Positions 28,734 through 39,101 of a stretch of 64,000 nt of DNA are shown here, one piece after another. The notes under the pieces are model-generated. The model searched no databases and was not told the DNA's origin. It was given only the letters and a program-made list of their open reading frames with translations. A program made the position numbers and the translations under genes. The first letter of the stretch is position 1. Each line of letters begins with the position of its first letter. The DNA is from Planctomycetota bacterium (lineage in GTDB: Bacteria; Planctomycetota; UBA1135; UBA2386): the NCBI GenBank assembly GCA_046290465.1, contig JBKAGP010000001.1:4512001-4576000 (forward strand). The letters run 5' to 3'.

Positions 28734-30416
28734 ATGATCCATCGTTCGGCCGTTCTGGCGCCGCTCGTCGTGTTCTTCGCCTGTGCAGCGCCGACGCGCC
28801 ACGGTGACTCCCAGCTCCAGCCGGGCTCGCGCCTCGGCACCGTCTCGTCCGCGTCGCCCGAAGCGACCGCCGCCGGCCTCGACGTGCTCGCCGCCGGCGG
28901 CAACGCGATCGACGCCGCGGTGGCGGTCGCGTTCAGCCTCGGCGTCACCGAGCCGGCCGGCTCCGGACTCGGCGGGCAGGCGTTCCTGCTGGTGCAGCGT
29001 CCCGGCGAGGCGGCGTTCGTCGTGCACGGCTCGACGCTGTCGCCGGCGGCGACCGATCCCAACGCCGGTTCGGCCGAGGTGCGCGGCCGCCGCGCGTCAA
29101 CCGTGCCGAGTATGGTCCGCGTGATGGACTTCGCGCACCGCAGCTTCGGCAGCGGCACGATGGCGTGGCGCGACCTGCTCGAGCCTGCCGCGCGCCACGC
29201 CGAGAACGGCTTCGCACTCGGCTCGTTCCGTCGCAACTCGGTCGCGCGCTACGCGGGTGCCTTGGCGGTCGACCCGGCGGTGCGCGAGGTGTTCCTCGCT
29301 GCCGACGGCGGCATCCCCGAGGTCGGCGACCTGTGCCGCCAGCCGGCGCTGGCGCGCACCATCCGGCGCCTCGCCGAGGCCGGCGGCGACGACTTCTACC
29401 GCGGGGAGATCGCCGCGGCGATCGCCGACGACATGGCCGCCAACGGCGGCTGGATCACGGCCGCCGACCTCGAGGCCTACCCCGAGCCACGCGTCGGCCC
29501 CGCGCTGCAGGGCAGCTACCGCGGTTGGACGGTCAGCACGCTGCCGCCTCCGACCGGCGGCTGGGTGGTGCTGTTCGCGCTCAACTTCCTCGAGAACGCC
29601 AAGGCCGCCACGATGACGGCCGGCGGCGACCAGGCGGCGATCTGGATGGCCGAGGCGCTACGGGCCGCGCACGATCGCCGCCTGTCGGCGCCGATCCGCA
29701 GCCTCGAGGACTACGAGCAGGCGGTGCAGCGTCGCGTTCGCAAGCAGACCGCGGCCGACGTGGTCGAAGAGCTGCGCATGCCCGGGGGCACGCGCCGCGC
29801 GGCGCAGCCGGATGGCACGGGCAGCGGCGAGACCACGCACTTCAGCGTCGTCGACAAGGACGGCACCGTGGTCGCGGCGACGCTGAGCCTCAACGCCTAC
29901 TTCGGCGCCAAGGTGATGTCGCGCGAGCTGGGCATCCTCTACAACGACTACATGCGCGAGTTCGAGTTCGGCTCGCCGGGCCACGCGTTCGCGCTGCGGC
30001 CGGGGGCGATGCCGTATTCGTCGATGAGCGCGACCATCCTGTCCAAGGACGGCGTGCCGCAGTTCGGTGTCGGCAGCCCCGGCAGCCGCCGCATCATTTC
30101 GGCGGTCGTGCAGACGGTCAGCAACTACATCGACCGTGGCCTCGATCCCGCCGCAGCGGTGGCGGCGCCGCGCATGCACGTCGTGCCCGAGGACGACGAC
30201 CTGATGCTGGAGGCGCGGCCGCGTTCGCGCGCGTTGCTGCGCGACCTCGAGCTGCGTGGCTTCTCGCTGGCGATCCCGCTGTCGAGCCTGTTCGCAGAGG
30301 ATCGCAACCCCTACTTCGGCGGCGTGCACGCGGTCGGCCGCGTGCCCGACGGCGGCTGGGCCGGTGGCGCGGACCCGCGTCGCGACGGCGTCGCCGCATC
30401 GGTCGACGCGCGCTGA
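28734..30416 (+). CDS. ggt: Gamma-glutamyltransferase family protein
   Basis: GGNAIDAAVA, EPAGSGLGG, ETTHFSVVD nucleophile, SSMS, GSPG, ADPRRDG. Confidence 0.92.
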   Translation: MIHRSAVLAPLVVFFACAAPTRHGDSQLQPGSRLGTVSSASPEATAAGLDVLAAGGNAIDAAVAVAFSLGVTEPAGSGLGGQAFLLVQRPGEAAFVVHGSTLSPAATDPNAGSAEVRGRRASTVPSMVRVMDFAHRSFGSGTMAWRDLLEPAARHAENGFALGSFRRNSVARYAGALAVDPAVREVFLAADGGIPEVGDLCRQPALARTIRRLAEAGGDDFYRGEIAAAIADDMAANGGWITAADLEAYPEPRVGPALQGSYRGWTVSTLPPPTGGWVVLFALNFLENAKAATMTAGGDQAAIWMAEALRAAHDRRLSAPIRSLEDYEQAVQRRVRKQTAADVVEELRMPGGTRRAAQPDGTGSGETTHFSVVDKDGTVVAATLSLNAYFGAKVMSRELGILYNDYMREFEFGSPGHAFALRPGAMPYSSMSATILSKDGVPQFGVGSPGSRRIISAVVQTVSNYIDRGLDPAAAVAAPRMHVVPEDDDLMLEARPRSRALLRDLELRGFSLAIPLSSLFAEDRNPYFGGVHAVGRVPDGGWAGGADPRRDGVAASVDAR

Positions 30417-30474
30417 GTGGCCCGGTCGGGACTCCGGGTTTGCGTTTGCGCCCGGATTCCTCTGACATGCTCCC

Positions 30475-31110
30475 ATGGAAGCGAAGAACCATGTTCGTCT
30501 CGCCACGACGCTGATCACGAGCCTGCTGCTGTGTGGCTGCGCGACCCAACAGGTCGAGCCGATCGGTGATCGCGGTCCGGACCTGCAGAACTACACGGCC
30601 GAACAGGTGCGCGCCGAAGCGGTGCGGCTGATGGACGCGCGCGGCTTCGACGACAAGCAGCGCCAGGCGCTGTCGCAGCGGCTCGACCGCTACCTCGCCG
30701 AGCACGACGGCATCCTCGCCGATCCGGGCGTGACCGGGGTCGCGGTCTACCACACCGCCGGTGGCGGCTTCGTGTTCAAGGGCTCCGGTGGCAAGGGCCT
30801 CGCCAGCTTCTGCGGCGGCGAACAGCAGGTGCCGTTCGTGGTGAGCGGCTACGAGGTCGGCGGCGTGGTCGGCGGCGGTTCGCACAACGGCATCGCGCTG
30901 GCGATCGGCCTGCGCGACCAGCGTCGCTTCCGCGGCCACTACGAGAGCACCTCGGCGGATGCGACCGGCGGCGTCAAGGCGGTCGGCGATGGTCGCGCCA
31001 ACTACGTCGGCGACGACGGCCACTCGCTGCGCTACTTCGCGATCGGCGTCGGCGTCGAGGCCAACGCGACGTTCGGTCGGTTCACGGTCGAACTCGACGG
31101 CGAGCAGTAA
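30475..31110 (+). CDS. Hypothetical lipoprotein
   Basis: Lipobox LCGC; GGFVFKGSGGKG glycine-rich motif reminiscent of YSC84/SYLF-like domains. Confidence 0.65.
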   Translation: MEAKNHVRLATTLITSLLLCGCATQQVEPIGDRGPDLQNYTAEQVRAEAVRLMDARGFDDKQRQALSQRLDRYLAEHDGILADPGVTGVAVYHTAGGGFVFKGSGGKGLASFCGGEQQVPFVVSGYEVGGVVGGGSHNGIALAIGLRDQRRFRGHYESTSADATGGVKAVGDGRANYVGDDGHSLRYFAIGVGVEANATFGRFTVELDGEQ

Positions 31111-31245
31111 GCGGCACGGCGGCCGGGCGCGAGGGCGCCGCCGTTTTCGGCTGTCCCCGCCGCCCGGCGCATCCGATACTCGCACGCCGTCGCCGGGGCG
31201 GCCCGGCGGACGGGTCGGCCGCGCGGCGAGACGGACGAATCATCG

Positions 31246-32637
31246 ATGAGGCGGATCACCGGCACCCACGTCTACTCCTACGTGAAGTGCCCGCATCTGG
31301 CCTCGCTCGACCTGCACCTGCCGCGGTCGGAGCGGCGGCCGCCGCACCCGTGGGAGGAGTTCGCCGCCAAACGCGGCCGCGACTTCGAGGACGTCTACGT
31401 CGCCGGCCTCGACGCGGTCGCTCCGAGCTACCCCGAGCGCGACTTCGACGCGGGCGCCGCGGCGACGCTGCAGCTGCTGCGCGACGGTGCGCCGCTGCTG
31501 CACCAGGCGGTGCTGCGCAGCGAGGACCGGCTCGGCCTGCCCGACCTGCTGCGCAAGGTCGACGGCGACAGCGAACTCGGCGACCACCACTACGAAGTGC
31601 TCGACGTCAAGACGTCCGGGCGCACGCGCGGCGACCAGATCCTGCAGGTCGTGTTCTACACGCAGCTGCTGGCCGAGCTGCAGGGCCGTATGCCGACGCA
31701 CGGCGCGATCATCCTCAAGGACGGCCGCGAAGAGCGGTTCGTCGTGCGCGACTACCTGGCGGCGTGCGACGAGGTCGTGGCCGAACTGCGGCGCCTGCGC
31801 GAGCGCCCCGACGACTCGCGGCCGTTCTTCCAGCTCGGCTGCGGCAGCTGCTACCACAACCACCGCTGCCTGCCCGAACTCGAGGTGCGCGATGACCTGT
31901 CGCTGGTGCAGGGCATGAGCCAGGGGGCGCGCGCGATCCTCGAGGCGTCGGGCTGCACGACGGTCGAGGAGCTGGCGACGTTCCATCCGGACAATGCGCG
32001 GGCGCGCGGCAACCTCGACGCGACGCTGGTGCGTCGGCTGCGCCGCGGCGCGCAGGCGCGCCTGCTCGGCCGGCCGGTCGTCGAGAGCCGCCCGTCGGTC
32101 GAGAAGCTCGGCCGCGCGGCGCTGGTGCACGTGCTGACCGACGCGTTCGCCGACCGCGTGCTGGCGTTCGGCGTGCTGTTCCCGGCGACGCGCGACGGCG
32201 CCTTCTCGTACGCGCTGCCCAAGGCGCGCGACGACGAGTGGCGCGCGTTCCGCGAACTGACGATCGACCTGCCGGTGCGCACGCCGCTGCTGCACTTCGG
32301 CCAGGCGCTGCACCGCTGGCACGAGGAGCACGCGTTCTCGAGCGAGGCCGATCCGGCGATCGAGGCGCGCTTCATCGACCTGCAGAAGCGGCTGAAGTCG
32401 GCGGCGGTCTACCCGGCGCCGGTCGCGCTGCTGCAGGACTTCGTGCAGCACGGCCTCGGCCGCGACCCGCACCGGCAGGGGCACGCAAGCGCCGCTGCGA
32501 TGTGGTGCGAGGAGGACGACGCCGAGAAGCAGCTGGTCGACAAGCTGCGCAGCGACCTGCACGACATGGCCGACCTCAAGGCCCGGATCCTCGACGCGGC
32601 GGCCGGTGAGGTCGACGAACGCGAGGCCCGGGCCTGA
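31246..32637 (+). CDS. TM0106-family RecB/Cas4-like nuclease
   Basis: N-terminal KCPH; PD-(D/E)xK core GLPDLL...YEVLDVK; QVVFY; CGSCYHNHRC; DDLSLVQGM HhH-like segment. Confidence 0.85.
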   Translation: MRRITGTHVYSYVKCPHLASLDLHLPRSERRPPHPWEEFAAKRGRDFEDVYVAGLDAVAPSYPERDFDAGAAATLQLLRDGAPLLHQAVLRSEDRLGLPDLLRKVDGDSELGDHHYEVLDVKTSGRTRGDQILQVVFYTQLLAELQGRMPTHGAIILKDGREERFVVRDYLAACDEVVAELRRLRERPDDSRPFFQLGCGSCYHNHRCLPELEVRDDLSLVQGMSQGARAILEASGCTTVEELATFHPDNARARGNLDATLVRRLRRGAQARLLGRPVVESRPSVEKLGRAALVHVLTDAFADRVLAFGVLFPATRDGAFSYALPKARDDEWRAFRELTIDLPVRTPLLHFGQALHRWHEEHAFSSEADPAIEARFIDLQKRLKSAAVYPAPVALLQDFVQHGLGRDPHRQGHASAAAMWCEEDDAEKQLVDKLRSDLHDMADLKARILDAAAGEVDEREARA

Positions 32638-32639
32638 GC

Positions 32640-33986
32640 GTGCTGCCGTTCGCCGAGGTGCCGGTCGATCTCGGGACCGTCAAGCTGGTGATGCCGTTCG
32701 TCGGGCTGGCGCTCGTGATCGTGCTCGCCCGAGAACTGCGCAACGCGCCGGCCAACCTGCTGGTGCTGATGTTCACGGCGTTCGTCGACATGGCCGGGCT
32801 GTTCCTGGTCATCCCGCTGGTGCCGTTCTACGTGAAGCTGTTCCGTGAGAACGGCGAGACGCTGTTCGGCCTCGACATCGGCGTCGGCTTCCTGACCGGG
32901 CTGGTGGTGACATCGTTCACGGTCGCGCAGCTGCTGACGGCGCCGTTCTGGGGCCGCTTCTCCGATCGCCACGGCCGGCGCGCGGCGATGACGGTCGCGC
33001 TCACCGCGTCGACGATCGCCTACCTGCTGTTCGGCTTCGCCGACTCGCTGTGGCTGCTGCTGCTGTCGCGCGTCGTGCAGGGTGCCGGCGGTGGCCTCGT
33101 CGGGGTCATCCAGGCCTACGTCGCCGACGCGGTCGAACCCTCGCAGCGAACCCGCGCGCTCGGCTGGCTGTCGGCGTCGACCAACCTCGGCGTCGCGCTC
33201 GGCCCGTTCATCGGTTCGTGTTCGCTGGGCCTGGCCGAAGTGGACCTGTGGCCTGGCGACTACGAGCTGGTGCTCGGCAACGCCGTGCCGGGCGTGCTCG
33301 CGGCGCTGCTCTGCGTCGTCAACGCCGCCTTCGCGCTGCGCTACCTGAAGGAGAGCGCGGCGCGCCAGCCGAAGGACCGCAAGCGGCCACCGATCCTGTC
33401 CGCCGTGCGGCAGGTGCTGGCGCATCCACGCGAGCCGGCGTCGCGGATCATCCTGATCTACGCGCTCGCGATCGGGACCGCGCACGCGATCAATCCGCTG
33501 ATGGCGCTGTTCCTCGACGACCGCATGGGGATCGACGACAAGAGCATCGGATACGTGTTCATGTATATCGGCTCGGTGTCGGTGTTCGCCCGGGTGCTGC
33601 TGTTGGGGCGCGCGGTCGACCGGTTGGGTGAGGTGCGCGTGTCACGCATCGGCATCTGCTCGCTGGCGATGTTCTTCCTGCTGATGCCGTTCGTCGGCTC
33701 GCTCGGGGCGCTGGCGCTGGTGCTCGCGTTCCAACCGGTCGGGATGGCGCTGACGTTCCCGTGCATGACCGCGCTGCTGTCGCGGCTGGTGCCGCAGACC
33801 GACCGGGGGATGTACATGGGCGTGCAGCAGTCGTTTGCCGGGTTGGTGCGGGTGCTGGCGCCGTTGCTGTATGGGAATGCGTACGACCTGATCGACCAGG
33901 GCGCGCCGTTCTGGATCGCGGGTGGGGCGGTGCTGGCGACGTTGCTGTTGGGGGTGGGGTTGCGCAAGGCGACGGCGGGGGCGTGA
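32640..33986 (+). CDS. MFS transporter (TetA/DHA1-like)
   Basis: Motif A GRFSDRHGRR, SRVVQGAGGG, GVALGPFIG. Confidence 0.9.
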   Translation: MLPFAEVPVDLGTVKLVMPFVGLALVIVLARELRNAPANLLVLMFTAFVDMAGLFLVIPLVPFYVKLFRENGETLFGLDIGVGFLTGLVVTSFTVAQLLTAPFWGRFSDRHGRRAAMTVALTASTIAYLLFGFADSLWLLLLSRVVQGAGGGLVGVIQAYVADAVEPSQRTRALGWLSASTNLGVALGPFIGSCSLGLAEVDLWPGDYELVLGNAVPGVLAALLCVVNAAFALRYLKESAARQPKDRKRPPILSAVRQVLAHPREPASRIILIYALAIGTAHAINPLMALFLDDRMGIDDKSIGYVFMYIGSVSVFARVLLLGRAVDRLGEVRVSRIGICSLAMFFLLMPFVGSLGALALVLAFQPVGMALTFPCMTALLSRLVPQTDRGMYMGVQQSFAGLVRVLAPLLYGNAYDLIDQGAPFWIAGGAVLATLLLGVGLRKATAGA

Positions 33987-34315
33987 GCGCCAGTCGCGGT
34001 GATGGACCGGTGGTCGCCCTCAATGGCAACGCCTTGTGGGAGTTTCGCTCGCGTGCGAAGTGTTTGGTAGATCCTCCGCCGGGAGCCTGGCCGACTTGTG
34101 ATCCCCGCGTCGGCCGTGCTCAGGATCCTCGGCAGTCTCGAGGCGCAATACTGAATCCTCGTCCGCGTTCGGGCAAGTTACGTTGTTGCTGTTGCGACCG
34201 CCTCCAGGCCGTCAGGCCAACGGTGGACTGCTCCTGGCGTCAGATGGTCAGAGACCTACGTATTCTGCTGACCAATTATGTTGCTGCGTACTCTCGTGTT
34301 GCTGCTGTCGAAGGG

Positions 34316-34693
34316 ATGGTGAGTCATAAGTTCGCTTCTCTTCTTCTTCCTCTGTTTCTGGCGGCGGCTGCAGCGGCGCAAGGCACAGCTGACATCTCTG
34401 TTTCGGGGCGCGACGCCAACGGGACGCGAGTCCTGAAGGTGGACATGTCGGGCGTCACTGGTGGGACGGTGACCGTCTACTTCGGACCCAACAACAGCTA
34501 CACCTTGCAGCCCGGCACGGGCGTTCATGAGTTCTCGTGGCCGGATGCGACCAGTGTCATCATCACGAGCAGCAACGGGAAAAAGGTGTCTGGCTACAAC
34601 AAGGCTCCGACCGCGAGCGATGAGACTGTCCTCTCCACTGACGACAGCGGCTACGACGCTGACGCGGTCGGGCCAGACCTGACAATCTCGTAG
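34316..34693 (+). CDS. Small secreted beta-rich hypothetical protein
   Basis: Signal peptide MVSHKFASLLLPLFLAAAAAA-Q; atypical codon usage. Confidence 0.65.
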   Translation: MVSHKFASLLLPLFLAAAAAAQGTADISVSGRDANGTRVLKVDMSGVTGGTVTVYFGPNNSYTLQPGTGVHEFSWPDATSVIITSSNGKKVSGYNKAPTASDETVLSTDDSGYDADAVGPDLTIS

Positions 34694-34840
34694 TCGTGCA
34701 AGCGGGGTGAGGGCTGAGGGCTGCCTGCGCAAGTTGCCATGCTGACGGCCTCACTCCGCCGGTCGCCTCTGGTCTGCGGGCTGCATGCGAATACGCTGTC
34801 ACCGGCGCGCGGCGAACGCTGCCGCAGAGCCACGTCGATC

Positions 34841-37033
34841 ATGACCCAAAGACGCCACCTGTTGGTCTTGCCGCTGCTTCTGATCTTCGTGGCGGCGGCC
34901 ATCGTGGTCGCACTCTCAAGTGCGGCCAACCCGACCGTTGGATCAGGAGGAGCCGGTGGGCAGACGCCTGAACCACCAAGTGCTGGTGGTATTCCACGCA
35001 GTCCGACATCTGCCACGCCGGATCCCGGCGAACGCGTCGTTGTTCAGTCGGGTGGGGCCTCGCCGCAACCGGCTGCAACTGATCGCGACGCACCGTCGCT
35101 GACGGTGCGAAGCGTCACTGCCGAGGGAGACATGCTGCCGGGCTGTCGTCTGCTGTTGCGAGCGACGTCGTCCTTCCGCGGGCAACGGGCGTACGAGCGG
35201 CAGCTGGACGAGGTCGCGGACGGGGCGCATGCGACGACGGGTCTGCCGCCCGGTCGCTACCGGGTCGTCTCGTCGGTGCCCAACATCAAGCAGGCGGTCG
35301 CCGAACTGGTCTGGCAGGGAACGGCCTCCGAAACGGTGACCGTGAGCATCGCGCCGCGGCGCAACCTGCTCGCCGGTGTCGTGCGCACGCCGTCGGTTGC
35401 GGCGGTCGAGAAAGTGCTCGTGCTCGATCATGCTCGCACGTCGCAGGCCTACTACTGCGTCACGGACGAGCGGGGCAGGTTCCTGTTCTGTCGCAAGGAA
35501 GCATGCTCCGAAGCCACGGCGAAGCTGCGGCTGTCGAGTCGTCATGGCGGCGCGGTCGTCGACAGCGCCGAGCCGGTCGAACTCTTCTGGGGAAGCCTCG
35601 ATGCCGTCGTCCATGCGCACGAACGTGCGGACCTGACGGTGCTGCTGTCGGATCGTGATGGGCATGCGATCGACACGTTCACCGTGTATGCGGAGTCGAC
35701 GTTCGACGGCGTTCGTGTCGTGCGCCGTGCCGAGGCAAAAGCGGGGGTTGCCAGGGTGTCCGCGGTTCCGACGGGGCGGGCGCGCATCCTGGCGGTGCCG
35801 GATCGGGGATGGGTGCCGGCTCGCGGCGTCGTCGACATCGCCCGAGACGGAAGCGGGCGCGTGCAGTTGGCGACGGACGTCGCCGCGCTGCTCGAGGGGC
35901 GGGTGATGACAGGTGGGGCGCTGCTGTCGGGGCCGCAGGTCGTGGTGCGGGTCGAGCCCGTACGACGACCGGATCCGTCCGAGCGCCCGACGGTCGGCGA
36001 CCTTCTTCTCGAGTCCGCCAGCGCTTCGACTGCGTCCGAGGTGGCGGTGCAAGCGGTCGCGCGCGACGGGCGGTTTGCGTTCGGCTGCGATCCAGGCCGC
36101 GAGTACCACGTGCACGTGACGGCGCCGGGCCATGCATCGTTCCGGTGCAAGGTGGCGGCCACGAACGGCAGCTTTCCGATGGTCGAGGCGGTGCTCCTAC
36201 CCGACCTGACCGTTCTGGCCTCCGTCGTTCCGCCGGAGGCAGGCGACTGGCTGGCCCGCTACGCCGAACAGCAGGGGCCCGGTGCGCTCGGCAAGACGTG
36301 CTGCTTTGCGTTGACGGAAGCGAACCCGGCTCCTGGCAGCAAGCGGCGACAGATCGTGGCCATGCCGGATGCGGCCGGCTGGTTGCAGTTCGAGCCCGTG
36401 TTTCCCGGTGCGTGGTACTTCCAGTTCCGCGGCCCGTTGGAAGCGCGGCTCGTCGAAACCGTCCAGATCGAAGGTGCCGCTGCGCCCTCCCTGGCCCCCG
36501 TGGATCTCGAGCACCTGCGCCCCGGCTCGCTCGTCGGGGCCGTGGCGGGTGGTGCCGGACTCGGCCGTCCCGTGCAGTTGGCGGCGTCTCGGGGTATCGG
36601 CCAGATGCAGGTGCCGATCGACGAGGACGGGGCGTTTCGCATGGCGCTTCCCGGCGGTGACTACCTGCTGCGGGTCCGGTTCGAACACGATGGCGCGACG
36701 CGGGACGTCGTGTGGCCGCGGCGTGTGCAGGTGCTGGCCGGTGCGCAGGTCGACGTGCAGATCCCGATGACCCTGCAGAGAGTCGAGGTCGTCGTGGTCG
36801 CCGATGCGTCGGGCCAACCGCTCGCCGGAGCGCGGCTGAGCATCGACGAAGACCGGGCGTTCGGTGAGTCCCGTTCGTGGGTCGCGGACGAGTCCGGGAA
36901 GGTGACGATCGAGCCCTGCCCGATCGGTGAGTTCGGACTCTCTATCCTGGATACGGATTCGATGAAGTGGACCCATCTGCAGCGGGTGGCCGCCGGTGGT
37001 GGTGTGCCGGTCGAGGTCAGGGTCGGGCGATAG
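34841..37033 (+). CDS. Membrane-anchored protein with carboxypeptidase-regulatory-like (prealbumin-fold) repeats
   Basis: N-terminal TM; GLPPGRYRV, TDERGRF, DEDGAFRMALPGGDYLLRV, ADESGKV motifs. Confidence 0.7.
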   Translation: MTQRRHLLVLPLLLIFVAAAIVVALSSAANPTVGSGGAGGQTPEPPSAGGIPRSPTSATPDPGERVVVQSGGASPQPAATDRDAPSLTVRSVTAEGDMLPGCRLLLRATSSFRGQRAYERQLDEVADGAHATTGLPPGRYRVVSSVPNIKQAVAELVWQGTASETVTVSIAPRRNLLAGVVRTPSVAAVEKVLVLDHARTSQAYYCVTDERGRFLFCRKEACSEATAKLRLSSRHGGAVVDSAEPVELFWGSLDAVVHAHERADLTVLLSDRDGHAIDTFTVYAESTFDGVRVVRRAEAKAGVARVSAVPTGRARILAVPDRGWVPARGVVDIARDGSGRVQLATDVAALLEGRVMTGGALLSGPQVVVRVEPVRRPDPSERPTVGDLLLESASASTASEVAVQAVARDGRFAFGCDPGREYHVHVTAPGHASFRCKVAATNGSFPMVEAVLLPDLTVLASVVPPEAGDWLARYAEQQGPGALGKTCCFALTEANPAPGSKRRQIVAMPDAAGWLQFEPVFPGAWYFQFRGPLEARLVETVQIEGAAAPSLAPVDLEHLRPGSLVGAVAGGAGLGRPVQLAASRGIGQMQVPIDEDGAFRMALPGGDYLLRVRFEHDGATRDVVWPRRVQVLAGAQVDVQIPMTLQRVEVVVVADASGQPLAGARLSIDEDRAFGESRSWVADESGKVTIEPCPIGEFGLSILDTDSMKWTHLQRVAAGGGVPVEVRVGR

Positions 37034-37078
37034 GGCTCGTGTGGCGCGGTTGTCGCTCGGTTGTCGGCGTGAGCCCCC

Positions 37079-37558
37079 CTACATCCGCGCCAACGATACC
37101 TCCGCCACACTCGTCCTGAGGCTGCCGTCGTACGATACATCCACCAGCAGCTCCACCTTGTCCCCGCTCCAACTCCCCTCCGCGTGCAGCCGCGACACGT
37201 TGCCGCGCACGCCGTCGCAGTCGATGACCAGCGTGCCGTCGGCCAGCAGATGGCCGGTGATCTCCCCGAACACGAACGAGTCGTGCCCGCGCAGCGTCGC
37301 CTGGTGGGCGCCGACTTCCGCGACGAACCGTTCGGTCGGCACCGTGACGCCCGGCAGCGCGCCGCCGAGCAGGTCGCACTCGAACTCCAGCTCCGTGCCG
37401 TTGTCGACGACCCGCATCTCCAGGCCGCCGCGCCGGCCCGTGTCGTCCTTCCAGCGGCCGCGCCACGTGCCCACGAACGGCAGCGGGTCGAACGTCGGGG
37501 CTGCGTCCGCGCCGCAGGCGGTGAGGATGCAGAAGGCCAACAGGGAAGCTTGCTTCAT
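37079..37558 (-). CDS. Hypothetical lipoprotein
   Basis: Lipobox LTAC; FVGTWRGRW beta-barrel-like start. Confidence 0.65.
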   Translation of the reverse strand: MKQASLLAFCILTACGADAAPTFDPLPFVGTWRGRWKDDTGRRGGLEMRVVDNGTELEFECDLLGGALPGVTVPTERFVAEVGAHQATLRGHDSFVFGEITGHLLADGTLVIDCDGVRGNVSRLHAEGSWSGDKVELLVDVSYDGSLRTSVAEVSLARM

Positions 37559-37680
37559 CTGCTCATCCTCGCACGCACGCCGCGCGTGCCCAGTCCCGCA
37601 CGGGGGTCGCGGGGGATTCTCCCCGTTCGGTTACCGCATGGCCGCTGCGGTGCGATGATGGCGCCGCTCCCGGTACCACG

Positions 37681-39039
37681 ATGCACCAACCACACCTTGC
37701 GCGCGCGGCGACGCTGGCGCTGTCGATGGCCCTGGCCGCCGCCCTTTCGGGCCAGAACGACTCCACGCCCGTGACCGCGGCGCGGCCGAAGCGGCCGCAC
37801 ATCGTCGTGATCGTGAGTGACGACGCGGGTTACCAGGACTTCTCGGTGCAGGGGAGCAAGGACATCGCGACGCCGCGCATCGACTCGATCGCCGCGGGCG
37901 GGGTGCGCTTCACCAACGGCTACGTCTCCGGCGCCGTGTGCAGCCCGTCGCGCGCTGGCCTGATGACGGGGCGCTACCAGCAACGCTTCGGGCACGAACT
38001 CAACATCCCGCCGCGGTTCAGCGAGGAGAACGGGCTGCCGCTGACCGAGCGCACGATCGCCGATGAGCTGCAGGCGGCGGGCTATCGCACGATCGCGCTC
38101 GGCAAGTGGCACCTCGGCTACGCCGACAAGTTCCATCCGCTGTCGCGTGGGTTCGAGCACTACTGGGGCTTCCTGCAGGGGGCGCGCTCGTACTTTCCGC
38201 TGCAGAAGCCGACGCGGCTCAACCGGCTGTTGCGCGATCGAAAGGTGCAGGCGGAGGCGTTCGACTACATGACCGACGAGCTGGGGCGGCAGGCGGCTGC
38301 GTACATCTCGCAGCGCGGCGACGAGCCGCTGTTCGTCTACCTCGCCTACAACGCGGTGCACACGCCGATGCACGCGGTCGGCGCGGACCTCGAAGGGCTG
38401 ACCGGCCCGCAGCGGCGGCAGAAGCTGGTCGCGATGACGCATGCGCTGGATCGCTCGGTCGGCTACGTGCTCGATGCGCTCGACGAGGCGGGCATCGCCG
38501 ACGACACGCTGGTGTTCTTCGTCAACGACAACGGGGGCGCGACCAACAACGCCTCCAAGAACGGCGCGCTGCGCGGGCGCAAGGGTTCGGTCTGGGAGGG
38601 CGGCATCCGCGTGCCGTTCCTGGCGCGCTGGCCCAACGGGTTGCCCGAGGGCAAGGTCTACGACCAGCCGGTGATCGCGCTCGACATCCTGCCGACGTGC
38701 CTCGCCGCGGCGGGCCAGCAGCAGCAGGGCAAGCTGCCGCTGGATGGAGTCGACCTGCTGCCGCACCTTCGCGGGCGGCAGAGCGCGCCGCCGCACGACG
38801 TGTTGTTGTGGCGGCACGGCGACAAGTGGGCGATCCGCAGTGGCGATTGGAAGCTGCTGCAGCAGGGCGGCGGGGAGGCGATGCTGTTCGACCTCGCCAA
38901 CGATGTCGGCGAGCAGCAGGATCGCGCCGCGGGCGAAGCCGAGCGGGTCGCGGCGCTGCGGTCCCGATACGAGACCTGGGACGCGCAGCTGATCGCGCCG
39001 CGGTGGAGCTATGGGAAGAAGCGCGCCGGCAAGAAGTGA
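37681..39039 (+). CDS. Formylglycine-dependent sulfatase (Cys-type)
   Basis: SDDAGY, CSPSRAGLMTGRY, GKWHLG, NDNGG, EGGIRVP; signal peptide. Confidence 0.95.
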   Translation: MHQPHLARAATLALSMALAAALSGQNDSTPVTAARPKRPHIVVIVSDDAGYQDFSVQGSKDIATPRIDSIAAGGVRFTNGYVSGAVCSPSRAGLMTGRYQQRFGHELNIPPRFSEENGLPLTERTIADELQAAGYRTIALGKWHLGYADKFHPLSRGFEHYWGFLQGARSYFPLQKPTRLNRLLRDRKVQAEAFDYMTDELGRQAAAYISQRGDEPLFVYLAYNAVHTPMHAVGADLEGLTGPQRRQKLVAMTHALDRSVGYVLDALDEAGIADDTLVFFVNDNGGATNNASKNGALRGRKGSVWEGGIRVPFLARWPNGLPEGKVYDQPVIALDILPTCLAAAGQQQQGKLPLDGVDLLPHLRGRQSAPPHDVLLWRHGDKWAIRSGDWKLLQQGGGEAMLFDLANDVGEQQDRAAGEAERVAALRSRYETWDAQLIAPRWSYGKKRAGKK

Positions 39040-39101
39040 GCGAGGCGGCCGCCGTAGCTCGGGGCTGCCGGCCGACCGCTACGGTGTGCTTTAATGTCGT
39101 G

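Noticed and set aside
31246..32637. Cas4 of a CRISPR system
   Set aside because: No cas1/cas2 or array; the length and HhH-like extension fit the TM0106 family.
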